Made by a program: the position numbers and the translations under genes | Source: a virus | Lineage: Duplodnaviria; Caudoviricetes | IMG/VR virus record: IMGVR_UViG_3300037467_002124 | Coordinates: 1-34,656 of that record | Direction: 5' to 3' (one strand) | DNA length: 34,656 nucleotides | Shown here: piece by piece, positions 19,404 through 28,271 of the stretch | Layout of the letters: each line of letters starts with the position of its first letter | Numbering within the stretch: the stretch's first letter is position 1 | Notes under the pieces: model-generated | Seen by the model: only the letters and a program-made list of their open reading frames with translations | The model's database searches: none | Told to the model about the DNA's origin: nothing

Positions 19404-20212
19404 TTTTTGCCCCCGATTCCGCGATTGCTATCGCCTTCAAATTGTAGTTGTATGCAGTAATGACGTACGCGATCATAGAGCCTTTGTTCACCGAAAATAT
19501 TTGGCAGCTCATCAAGCGGTACATTGGATGTGTAAACGGTTGGTTTTACGTTAGATACACGGTGGTTGACGATTGAATGCAGCTCACCGCGAAATGCGTC
19601 AGTTACCGTTTGTCGGACGGCTAAATCATCAAGCACTAAAAACTGTGTGTGTTTGGCGATTTCCATTTGCTCATAAAACTGGTTAGAGTGTTTCATTGCC
19701 ACTTCAGCCGGTATGTTTGGACGGGTAAAGCCGGAATATAGGTTTTGCCATTCGTTTACGTCAAGGTAATAGCCGACATTTTGTAGTGGTTTTTGCCCTT
19801 TTTGTAATGAACCGATATAATGCCGCATAATATATTCATTAAGGATGGCGGTGGCGGTTTCGGTTTTGCCTGTACCTGAATTTTCACTGTAAAGGTAAAG
19901 CGAGCGGATACGTTGTTCACGCGGCAAGTCATCAACGAACATTTTGTGGAAGCTTTCAATATACTTGTCAATAACGGGATATACATTTGGTTGCTTTTGG
20001 CGTGCCGATGATGTTTGAACGGTGTTCAGCCGGTATTCTTCCGGAACATTGGCTTGACCTATGCGCCCTGATAAACCGGATTCACCGTGAAGTAAATTAT
20101 AATCAATGCAGAAACTGTTGCATTTATCACTGCCTGCAAGTTTGCAGATAGGCTTAATGCCTGCTTTTGTTGCGACTGGTTGTGCGAGTATGCATTTGTT
20201 TTCATAACTCAT
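19400..20212 (-). CDS. DnaC/IstB-like helicase-loader ATPase
   Basis: N-terminal Cys cluster, GTGKT, LVLDDL, YTSN, RLYDRV. Confidence 0.88.
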   Translation of the reverse strand: MSYENKCILAQPVATKAGIKPICKLAGSDKCNSFCIDYNLLHGESGLSGRIGQANVPEEYRLNTVQTSSARQKQPNVYPVIDKYIESFHKMFVDDLPREQRIRSLYLYSENSGTGKTETATAILNEYIMRHYIGSLQKGQKPLQNVGYYLDVNEWQNLYSGFTRPNIPAEVAMKHSNQFYEQMEIAKHTQFLVLDDLAVRQTVTDAFRGELHSIVNHRVSNVKPTVYTSNVPLDELPNIFGEQRLYDRVRHYCIQLQFEGDSNRGIGGKK

Positions 20213-20226
20213 TGCGATTTGCCCCC

Positions 20227-20628
20227 CTATAATAAATCAATCATTTCATCAACAGACAGCTTGTTTTTCTCTTGATTTTCTTTGCGCTGCTGCGATTGTA
20301 CTACTTGTTTTTGTTTGTTTAATAGTTTTGGTAAAAGTTCATTTCGCTTATAAGAATATATAAACCAAAAATTAAGGGTTGGGTATTGCGTAGATGTTTT
20401 GTGTGTTTTAAATGCCTCATCAATAAAATCTTTTACGATTTCGTTTCCATGTTCTTCTATCATTTGTTTTATCATTCCGCGTTCCATATTCCAATTACGC
20501 GAAACATAAGGTAGTTTATATGTTTTTTGGTGAATATCTTTCAAGTATTCAGTAAATGAAAGAACATTCCAGTCTTTTAAATCACGCTCGAACCAGTTTT
20601 TAGCGGGCGGTAGTTTTTGTTTTGCCAT
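20227..20628 (-). CDS. Hypothetical replication-region protein
   Basis: AAAGGTG RBS before MAKQK; lies between the HTH gene and the loader. Confidence 0.7.
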   Translation of the reverse strand: MAKQKLPPAKNWFERDLKDWNVLSFTEYLKDIHQKTYKLPYVSRNWNMERGMIKQMIEEHGNEIVKDFIDEAFKTHKTSTQYPTLNFWFIYSYKRNELLPKLLNKQKQVVQSQQRKENQEKNKLSVDEMIDLL

Positions 20629-20719
20629 TTTTATCACCTTTTAATTCAGATTTGCAATGTTCACAAATGCTCATATTACTTTCGACTTCTGATTTATCAC
20701 AACGTGGACAAATATACAT
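20600..20719 (-). CDS. 39-aa CxxC...CxxC zinc-finger protein (absent from the ORF track)
   Basis: MYICPRCDKSEVESNMSICEHCK; GAAGGGGTG RBS. Confidence 0.65.
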   Translation of the reverse strand: MYICPRCDKSEVESNMSICEHCKSELKGDKNGKTKTTAR

Positions 20720-21043
20720 TTATTGCACCCCTTCATTAAGATCCGGATGTTCATACACTTTAGTAAGCCACTGGGTTACCTGACCTTTTTCGTTGCGGAC
20801 AGCAACCTTTTTGATATAACCGAGGCGCTTTAACTCAACAAGCCCCGTTGCTACCGATACTTTGCCGTCAGTTGAATGGTTGATAATATCTTCGATGTAG
20901 GTTTGCCAGTCATCAGGTTTTGATAGTAGGTAGAGTAAAATACCTTTTGCCTTCCAAGACAATTGATTATTTTTGATAAATTCTTTGTTTACGGTGACAT
21001 ATGGTTTATCAGCCGACTTTAGTACGCGATGAATATTTTTCAC
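20720..21043 (-). CDS. Winged-HTH protein of the phage replication-initiator N-terminal type
   Basis: YVTVNKEFI..LSWKAKGILLYLLSKPDDW...ELKRLGYI...VYEHP. Confidence 0.8.
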   Translation of the reverse strand: MKNIHRVLKSADKPYVTVNKEFIKNNQLSWKAKGILLYLLSKPDDWQTYIEDIINHSTDGKVSVATGLVELKRLGYIKKVAVRNEKGQVTQWLTKVYEHPDLNEGVQ

Positions 21044-21101
21044 CCTGTTTTCTCCCCTTACTAGATTACTTGATTTAGGTGTTGTAGCACCTTTTCACAA
21101 C

Positions 21102-21130
21102 ATTTAACGGTAAAGTTGGACAAACGTGCA
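21102..21130 (-). promoter_or_regulatory. Putative phage-sigma promoter TGCAC-N16-CGTTAAAT at the head of the replication operon
   Basis: Exact motif match, just downstream of a terminator. Confidence 0.75.
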
Positions 21131-21162
21131 AAAAAAAATTACGACCTATTGGTGTAGGTCGC
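21130..21162 (-). terminator. Intrinsic terminator
   Basis: CGACCTA/TAGGTCG stem with a T-run on the - strand. Confidence 0.75.
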
Positions 21163-21170
21163 AAAATTTG

Positions 21171-21461
21171 TTAGGCTGCCGGTATAAATGCGCGAAGTTG
21201 AAAGGTTAAGTTCCTCATAGCTTTTGGCGTAAATTTATGCGAGCAGCTGGTAAAACCGTTTTGTTGCAATTGTGCGATATCAAACACGTTCCAGCTATTA
21301 ACATTTTTATTCATAGTAGCGAAATACTGCTTCGTTTCTCCTTCAAGTTCAAATAATAAAAAGCAAGTACCTTCTTCCTTATATGTAATTTCATCACTGG
21401 ATAATTCACTCATATATACCGTTTTTTCATTCTTTAACACGGCTTTTTTAATAAACATCAT
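21171..21461 (-). CDS. Hypothetical protein
   Basis: AAAGGGGTG RBS; own terminator. Confidence 0.7.
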   Translation of the reverse strand: MMFIKKAVLKNEKTVYMSELSSDEITYKEEGTCFLLFELEGETKQYFATMNKNVNSWNVFDIAQLQQNGFTSCSHKFTPKAMRNLTFQLRAFIPAA

Positions 21462-21543
21462 ACCACCCCTTTTGTCATACTTATATATTAATATTATACT
21501 ACAAAAAGGGCGATATTTAGTTTATTTTCAAACTTTTTTATTT

Positions 21544-22353
21544 TTATATACTAACTTGCCTGTGATTAATAAAAGCGTTGTTTCCAAGCATTATAAACTC
21601 CGAATACCTGCAATATGATAAGTAACGAAAACGCCTTCCGGTTAACCGTTCAAAATTTGCTATAAGTTCGATGTGATAGTCATATGTATCATCATTAAAG
21701 ATGAAAACTATTTTTTTGTCAAGTGCGTGCAAGCGAAGTAGTTTCCAGTAAAAATCACCTTCATTATGATTTGTACATTCGAGTTCAAGTAAAAATGTTT
21801 TACCTTTATGATGTATGCGGAAGTCAGGTCTGATATAAACGGTTTGATAGCTGTATTTTTCACCTTTAAAGTATTCATACCAATTCATAAACTCTTTAAA
21901 TACCTTTACTTTAAACGTTTTACCGTTAAACAGGCGCAGCCTATCATCAACGATAGGGCGTTCAACCCCGTCATAATTGGCGATCAAATACTGTTCAAGT
22001 TCATTTTTCATAGCGTTTTCAGGCGTTTGGTAATCGATATTCATATACGCGTAATAACTTACGATAAACGGTGTGGGTAATGTATGGTTGCGTGTGATGT
22101 TACCGGAATATATGCCGTATGTTGTGCGTATAATAGCAAAAGTTAACGGCTGCTCGCGATGATTTGACGTCATTTCAACGATTATACCGTCAAGCATATG
22201 CGGTAGGTTGTACTTACTAGACGGTAATATGCTTTTGATAAATTTGTGAAACGTATATATGTAATTATTTTGTTTTGTAATAATTTTTAATTTTGTGATA
22301 TTGTCAGGAAGGTAATGATGATTTTGATGTAAAGTATAATTTGTAAGAATCAT
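21544..22353 (-). CDS. Protein with a C-terminal PD-(D/E)XK-like (replication-relaxation-type) motif
   Basis: RPDFRI...LLELEC; AAAGGGGGTG RBS, with TTGACA and TATAAT upstream (22378-22404). Confidence 0.6.
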   Translation of the reverse strand: MILTNYTLHQNHHYLPDNITKLKIITKQNNYIYTFHKFIKSILPSSKYNLPHMLDGIIVEMTSNHREQPLTFAIIRTTYGIYSGNITRNHTLPTPFIVSYYAYMNIDYQTPENAMKNELEQYLIANYDGVERPIVDDRLRLFNGKTFKVKVFKEFMNWYEYFKGEKYSYQTVYIRPDFRIHHKGKTFLLELECTNHNEGDFYWKLLRLHALDKKIVFIFNDDTYDYHIELIANFERLTGRRFRYLSYCRYSEFIMLGNNAFINHRQVSI

Positions 22354-22675
22354 AACTTAATGCACCCCCTTTACATAATTATAATATATTTTGTAGGATG
22401 TCAAACCTTTTTTTATGTAGGTAGGGGAATTTAAATCAAAATATTATACTGGCATAGAGTTTGACGGGCTGGTTGTCAGGCAGGTTGTTATACTCATATA
22501 TTATTTGGATAAAATTTTGGTGGTTGCTTGGGGCAAAAAGCGCCCCAAGCTAAAGTTAATAAATTTAAAAGCAGCGCAAACCGTTGAGACATGTGGGATG
22601 ACGCATAATTTTTTGAAGTTACCGCGTGAAAATTATTAGTTTTTACAGTACCAAGAACTTTTTAGTACAAAACAC

Positions 22676-22703
22676 TTGCAGGACTATTTTGTGGTGTTAT
22701 ACT
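22676..22703 (+). promoter_or_regulatory. sigmaA-like extended -10 promoter
   Basis: TTGCAG-N16-TATACT with TG-N before the -10. Confidence 0.6.
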
Positions 22704-22709
22704 TTATGT

Positions 22710-22819
22710 ACATAGTAAATTCACCGCGCTAGTAGCAAAGCCGGAAATACCGGTGGTCAAATGCGCTTTAAGTAATACCCTTTCAATGCCTGCGATGCGT
22801 GAAACTTCGCAGGTTTTTT
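22710..22819 (+). ncRNA. Candidate ~110-nt small RNA
   Basis: Lies between the promoter above and a CCTGCGA/TCGCAGG-T6 terminator; no RBS-led ORF; internal stems. Confidence 0.55.
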
Positions 22820-22921
22820 ATATATTTTTCACACAAATGTACAGTCCGTGTTAAAATGTATTTAAATATAAAAAATGTACATTTTTATAAGAAGTGTATA
22901 TAAATAAGGGAGGTGTATATT

Positions 22922-23287
22922 GTGAAAAAACAAACAAAAGATACAATTGAAGAGGTAATGGCTAAAAAGTTTTTTGAGGCTTTGGAGTGTATTGATATAA
23001 GAAATGCAAGTGGTAAAGGCAAAAATATAAAAATACCGGATACACTTGATTACATCATTAACCAAAATATTAAGGAAATTGAAAAGCAATTAAAAATAAA
23101 AATTAACTTTACGACATACATATTGCTTTGTACGATTGTAATGAGCCAACTTGGACAAAACGGCAAAAATGAATTTTATAGATTGCAAAATAAACTTGAC
23201 TTGGTGGATTATGCGAAGGATAATAGTGATGAGCTGAAAGTGCGATGGGCTGAAATTATTTTAACGGATAAAAAACGTTCACGTTAA
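22922..23287 (+). CDS. Hypothetical protein
   Basis: GGGAGGTG RBS before GTG 22922; terminator at 23286-23308. Confidence 0.75.
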   Translation: MKKQTKDTIEEVMAKKFFEALECIDIRNASGKGKNIKIPDTLDYIINQNIKEIEKQLKIKINFTTYILLCTIVMSQLGQNGKNEFYRLQNKLDLVDYAKDNSDELKVRWAEIILTDKKRSR

Positions 23288-23309
23288 GCGCCTTGTGGCG
23301 CTTTTATTG

Positions 23310-23338
23310 TGCACAAATTTCGATTTATTTCGTTAAAT
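23310..23338 (+). promoter_or_regulatory. Putative phage-sigma promoter TGCAC-N16-CGTTAAAT
   Basis: Exact motif match on the + strand upstream of 23389. Confidence 0.7.
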
Positions 23339-23388
23339 TGGTATAAGAAGGACATTACATTACTATAATACTACTGGAGGTCATTACA

Positions 23389-23727
23389 ATGAGTAGAAAA
23401 CTAGAACACTACGTTTGGGGGTATGTGAAGGAGGCAACTTATCACCACTTACCGGCTGAAACAAAACAAAAATATAGAATTAATAGTAGCGATTTGATTT
23501 ACCCGGAAATAAAAACAAACTTGATTTTCCCGCAAAACAACCCTGAAAACAGAAACCGGTTAGCATATGTGCTTTTCGATTGTTTTGAAAACTTAAACCG
23601 TGAACTTGGAATTCACATGACTATCACTTACGCAAAAAGAAGTGAGTATTTCACTTTCCCAACACTTGAAGCAATATGGGATTACTTTATGGATTATATT
23701 GAATACATGAAAGGTGCGACTCAATAG
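23389..23727 (+). CDS. Hypothetical protein
   Basis: GGAGG RBS; terminator at 23711-23742. Confidence 0.75.
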   Translation: MSRKLEHYVWGYVKEATYHHLPAETKQKYRINSSDLIYPEIKTNLIFPQNNPENRNRLAYVLFDCFENLNRELGIHMTITYAKRSEYFTFPTLEAIWDYFMDYIEYMKGATQ

Positions 23728-23844
23728 GGTTGCGCCTTTTTTGTTGTGGAACTTTGTTAGGCAAGTTTTAACAAAAAATGAAAATTGCTGTTATACTTTT
23801 TATGTAAGGCAAACAAAAACAAAAAACACGGGGGTTATTAAAAG

Positions 23845-24165
23845 ATGAAAAACAAAGTAGTCAATATTGAGGATGTCAAAAAACGTAAATTGAATTTGTC
23901 AAAGGACGATCAAACAAAAGTTGATTATCAACCAAGCAAAACAGAATACACGGATGCTGAATACCATATCAAATTAAAGCAAATAGGTACAAAGCCGATG
24001 AAAGCAAGTGAGCGGCTTAACTGGGTTGAAAGCGCGTCAGATGATTTTAAAAAATTAACGTTTGAAGATTTTTGGTTTGATAAAATGCAAATGGACAGGG
24101 ATGAAATGAATTACAAATTGGCATATTTACACGAAATAGCAAATGACGTTCAGGAGGACGAATAA
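23845..24165 (+). CDS. Hypothetical protein
   Basis: TTAACA-N18-TATACT promoter and GGGGG RBS upstream. Confidence 0.75.
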   Translation: MKNKVVNIEDVKKRKLNLSKDDQTKVDYQPSKTEYTDAEYHIKLKQIGTKPMKASERLNWVESASDDFKKLTFEDFWFDKMQMDRDEMNYKLAYLHEIANDVQEDE

Positions 24166-24166
24166 T

Positions 24167-24508
24167 ATGAAACTATTTGACGGGACATTTAATGCAGTTT
24201 ATACAGGCATTTCAGACAGCGTAGAACACGTGCTGGTGACGTTTGAATTAGAAGACTACAGTTACCCCTTGCGCCTTGAAATGATGAAGACTGAGGGCGT
24301 ATGGGAAGCGTTAAGGCTAAACTATGGACCTGATAACTATGAATACTATTGTGTTTGCGGAACAAGTTATCATTTGGATTACACGGCAACTGTCAATTGT
24401 CAAAAAAGATATGAATTAAAAGAGCGTTTAAGCAAAATACTGTTTAATCACGCAGAGTTTATGAGCTGGCTTGATAGTGCCGGCGTTGAAGATAAAATTG
24501 AAGTTTAA
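24167..24508 (+). CDS. Hypothetical protein
   Basis: AGGAGG RBS before ATG 24167; terminator at 24511-24537. Confidence 0.75.
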   Translation: MKLFDGTFNAVYTGISDSVEHVLVTFELEDYSYPLRLEMMKTEGVWEALRLNYGPDNYEYYCVCGTSYHLDYTATVNCQKRYELKERLSKILFNHAEFMSWLDSAGVEDKIEV

Positions 24509-24976
24509 TAAGGCGACCCGTTGCGGGTTGCTTTTTTACTAGAATACAGGTTTTGTGCGAGGCGGTATCACTCATTCTTTATTACTATCGTCATTCAGCA
24601 AAAATAATACCATTACGCTATATTATATGCGGTATAATAAACGATAGAACTTTTACCGCGCTTTTGAATTGGTTTTTAATTCAAAGCGCAATCTTTTTTA
24701 GTACATTTATTACTTACTAAATATCATTACTTAGTATATTCATTTATTAGTAGTAGCGTGAAACATAGATTTTAGGTTAACAAGATTATGGAAAACCTAG
24801 TGACTGGTTTATAGAATTTGTTGTAGAATGTACTTGACAAGTTTTACCATAGTGTGTTATAATTTTTAGGGGTAGGTACAAAGGTGTACTGTGCCCTTTT
24901 TGTGTTGGAACATATTTTAATAATTTAACAACTAATAGGGAGTTGGTTTATACTGGTATAAAGGGGGGGTGTACGT

Positions 24977-25564
24977 ATGAACACAATTGAGTTTAGCGAT
25001 TTAAAATTTACATATACGCGAATTGAAAAAATTACGAATGTTTGGTTTGTCAACGGAAGAACAACCGTTAACTTTATGTACAAGCTGGATGATGAATTGC
25101 CGCCATTTTTGTTTGAAGTTGAGTTTAGCGATTATAGAACGCTTGAATACATACGCTTCATTGATTATATGGTTGATAGCTGGAGCGATAAAAACGCAAT
25201 GGTTGCGGGTAATGACATACCGATTGACTTACGCCAAAAGGTTACGAAAGTATTGCAGAAGCATGCTGACTTAAAAAACATACTTTGCTTTAAGTGGACG
25301 GATGAAAAGCGTGCATTAAAGGCGCAGGCGGATGAATTTATGAAAACCGGTTGGCTTCAACCGGATGATGAGCCGAAAGAAGATAAAGTAAACCCATTTG
25401 TACTAAAAGCGATACACAAAAAACGTATGGATAAACGTATTGAATATTTGCAAGGTAAAATGGAACGCCAAAAACAGTGGCGTGATGAAAACGGGATCAC
25501 TACAAGCTGGAAAGATAAAAAGAAAAAAGGAAAATGGAGCGGTAAAAAGCCATTACTACCCTGA
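24977..25564 (+). CDS. Hypothetical protein with a basic C-terminus
   Basis: TTAACA-N18-TATACT promoter, poly-G RBS, terminator at 25609-25634. Confidence 0.75.
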   Translation: MNTIEFSDLKFTYTRIEKITNVWFVNGRTTVNFMYKLDDELPPFLFEVEFSDYRTLEYIRFIDYMVDSWSDKNAMVAGNDIPIDLRQKVTKVLQKHADLKNILCFKWTDEKRALKAQADEFMKTGWLQPDDEPKEDKVNPFVLKAIHKKRMDKRIEYLQGKMERQKQWRDENGITTSWKDKKKKGKWSGKKPLLP

Positions 25565-25659
25565 AAACGAGACTCATATTCGAGCTACAATATAGAATCC
25601 CCCTAACCGGAAGCCCAAGTGGCTTCCTTTTTTTATTTCCTAAAATGAGGTGTCAAATA

Positions 25660-25947
25660 ATGGCTGAAATATATAACTTTGAAGAAAAACGAAATTACGG
25701 TGCTGTGAAAGACTTATTTGTGTTGGTAAAAGCGATTTTTGAACGTGTACTTGCGCTTTGCGATGCTATTGACGCTGATAGCGTTTACTTTTTGTCAGAT
25801 GAAATTGAGGAATTGGCTGATGTTGCTTTTAAACTATTAAACTTGGAGTTTACTGAAAAGCGGCGTGTGGCGTTATTGCAATACTTGGAAGGCGATATTG
25901 ATTTGCCTGACTTTTTTCACTTGATATTTAAACTGGAGGGAAAATAA
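25660..25947 (+). CDS. Hypothetical acidic protein coupled to the methyltransferase
   Basis: GAGGTG RBS; TAATG overlap with the next gene. Confidence 0.7.
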   Translation: MAEIYNFEEKRNYGAVKDLFVLVKAIFERVLALCDAIDADSVYFLSDEIEELADVAFKLLNLEFTEKRRVALLQYLEGDIDLPDFFHLIFKLEGK

Positions 25948-27086
25948 TGGATAAGCCTATTTTACCTAACGGCTGGAACTTTGAAAATGAAACTGATGAA
26001 AAGAAGATTACCGGTTATGAAAAGTATTTTCATAAACTTGAAAAATGGGATAGAAAACTTTATAAAAGTATGACGCCAAAACAGAAGCGTAAACTTGAAC
26101 GTAAAGTATTTGCCATTTATAGAGGCGAAAATATATTTCCTATACATTACTTTAACCAAGATGGTATTGATACTGAAATCAAAAAGCTAATTAAAAAACA
26201 AGTAGAATATGATGGTAGTAATGTACTTGCTATGAAACATATACAAGGATTAAATTTATGCCGTTACCTTTACCCAAACCTTATGAAAGTAGATATCATT
26301 AGTGATAGGGGCAGTATGTATGACCGTTTTTATGACGATAAACAGCTGATGAAGGCGATACGTTTTGTGCTTAATTACGATGATAACTGCAAACCGAGCG
26401 CTTTATTAGGCGGGCTGCGGATGACAGGTACAGCAGCGCTTAACTTTATGCCCCTTAGAGCACAGGCGTTGTACGAGCACTTTTGCCCGAAAGACGGCGT
26501 GATACTAGATTTTGCACACGGCTTTGGTGGCAGATTACTAGGCGCTTTAACCAGCAGCAAGTATAACTATCATTATATTGGGATTGACCCTAATACCGAA
26601 ACAAGTGAGCGGACACGTGTGTTAGGTAAACATATTGAAAACGTTACCGGCAGGAATGATAGCTTTGAACTGCATTGTATGGGAAGTGAAGAGTATGTGG
26701 GCGAACCTGATAGTGTTGATTTTGCTTTTTCATCACCGCCTTATTTTAATTTGGAGCAATATACGACTGAAGATACGCAGTGTTATCATAAATACCCGGA
26801 ATTAGTAGAATGGTTTGACGGCTATGTACGTGAAACAGTGAAGATGCTTTATAGGGTATTAAAACCGGGCGCTTATTATGCGGTGAATATTGCCGATTTT
26901 AAAAACGGCTCACAGCGTGTTGAATACGTTGATGAATGGATTAGGATCAGTCAAGAGGAAGGCTTCGAACACTTTAACGATATTGAAATGGTGATTACAC
27001 GCAGACGTGGCGCTGGTCACCGTGACAATAAGGGCGAAGAAAAACGTAAAGCTGAAGGTATATTTGTTTTCAGAAAACCTATTTAA
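25947..27086 (+). CDS. Amino-type DNA methyltransferase (SPPY; m4C most likely)
   Basis: ILDFAHGFGG SAM-binding motif I followed by FSSPPYFNLE motif IV and LKPG. Confidence 0.85.
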   Translation: MDKPILPNGWNFENETDEKKITGYEKYFHKLEKWDRKLYKSMTPKQKRKLERKVFAIYRGENIFPIHYFNQDGIDTEIKKLIKKQVEYDGSNVLAMKHIQGLNLCRYLYPNLMKVDIISDRGSMYDRFYDDKQLMKAIRFVLNYDDNCKPSALLGGLRMTGTAALNFMPLRAQALYEHFCPKDGVILDFAHGFGGRLLGALTSSKYNYHYIGIDPNTETSERTRVLGKHIENVTGRNDSFELHCMGSEEYVGEPDSVDFAFSSPPYFNLEQYTTEDTQCYHKYPELVEWFDGYVRETVKMLYRVLKPGAYYAVNIADFKNGSQRVEYVDEWIRISQEEGFEHFNDIEMVITRRRGAGHRDNKGEEKRKAEGIFVFRKPI

Positions 27087-27321
27087 AAATTCTTTTTCTA
27101 CCTTTCGTTACTTTTATATGGTGTTGAATGATGTCACCGAATAGCGCATAGTAAAGGTATAGAAACGCCCATAGTGAAAGAGTTATTATGCCGACTGCTA
27201 CTATTGTGAGTACAGTTACTAACAGAACTATTTCCATTTTATCACCACACACTTTGCCTTTGTATGAACCCCTAAATATTATAACATCAATTGTTATTTT
27301 TTGTCAAGAACTTTTACCGAT

Positions 27322-27760
27322 ACCCCCAAGCCCTCATTTTTCGCGAGGGGTGGAGGGTATTTTTGCAGCTGAATGCGTTTACGATAACCTAACGCCTCAC
27401 TACACGCATGAGACGGGCTTGATTTACGATTTAAATTGTGTTATAGTAGTTTATGTTGACAAAACGATTACACCTCAATATGACCGCGATAAACGTGTCA
27501 TAGAACCCCTTGATTTGATTTTTGTGTGTAGGTTGTGTATGCTTTACATAGATACACTTAACGCCCCCAAGCATTAGTGTATTGTAGAGCAACTATTTTT
27601 ATGCCGGTATATTTGCGTTTGTGTGTTGCCGATATTCATTATACGGTTAGCACCTTCCTAAAAGCGCATGTATGCCGGCACTTTTTTGTTTATACGACTT
27701 ACTTTTCATTCATCACCCGCGCAGCCTAGGAATTCCGACGATCTAAAAAAGCCGGATAAT
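27322..27760 (+). repeat. Bipartite fixed-length element, copy 1 (motif A 27322-27369; motif B 27717-27760)
   Basis: ACCCCCAAG-N21-GGAGGGTATTTTT ... CCTAGGAATTCCGACGATCTAAAAAA. Confidence 0.85.
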
Positions 27761-28148
27761 GTAGGCAGCCCCAACTTACTTCCCCACTCGTTCGCAAACT
27801 TTTGCGTTTTCGAACTAAAATCTTTCTCAATCCGCCCCACGCATATTCTGCGCCCTTTTCCAATTTAATCCGTTCTACGCCATTTTTACCGAATGACAAA
27901 TAACGGTATCCGCAACCGCCTTTAATCCGTTTTGCACCGCCCTCACCTGCCGGTACTATTACAGTATAGCGTCATTTGTAGACACCGCAACTGCTCCGGC
28001 GAACTTTTATATATTACTAGAGCTAAAGTTACCAGATTTAAAATGCCGGTTTGCAATTATTCAACCTGTAAAATTAAAATAGCCGATTAGGTATATTTAT
28101 ATCTAGCCCCATTTTACCATAAAGTTCCGAGCTTTTTACCAAATTTTG

Positions 28149-28176
28149 TTGCACGTTCCGCATAACCTGCTATAAT
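28149..28176 (+). promoter_or_regulatory. sigmaA-like promoter
   Basis: TTGCAC-N16-TATAAT with extended TG. Confidence 0.65.
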
Positions 28177-28271
28177 TAAAGTGTAAGCAAATGAATGACG
28201 ATGTGTGAATATAAGCTACGGATGATATAAAAACATTACTCATATTTTAAATTTAAAAGGGGGCGATTATA

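Noticed and set aside
1408-22080. Numerous + strand and nested ORFs within the - strand operon
   Set aside because: Antisense or alternative-frame shadows of well-supported genes.
27734-27743. TCCGACGATC in motif B equals the 3' end of the Illumina small-RNA 5' adapter
   Set aside because: The flanks are not adapter sequence, are conserved among the three copies in their own way, and keep a fixed distance to motif A, so an artefact is unlikely.
27728-27760. AGGAWWT in motif B as a sigmaH promoter
   Set aside because: No GAAT -10 at the expected spacing in any copy.
27188-27868. ORF-track ORFs 27188..27577 and 27668..27868
   Set aside because: No convincing RBS, atypical composition, and they run across the conserved non-coding motifs.
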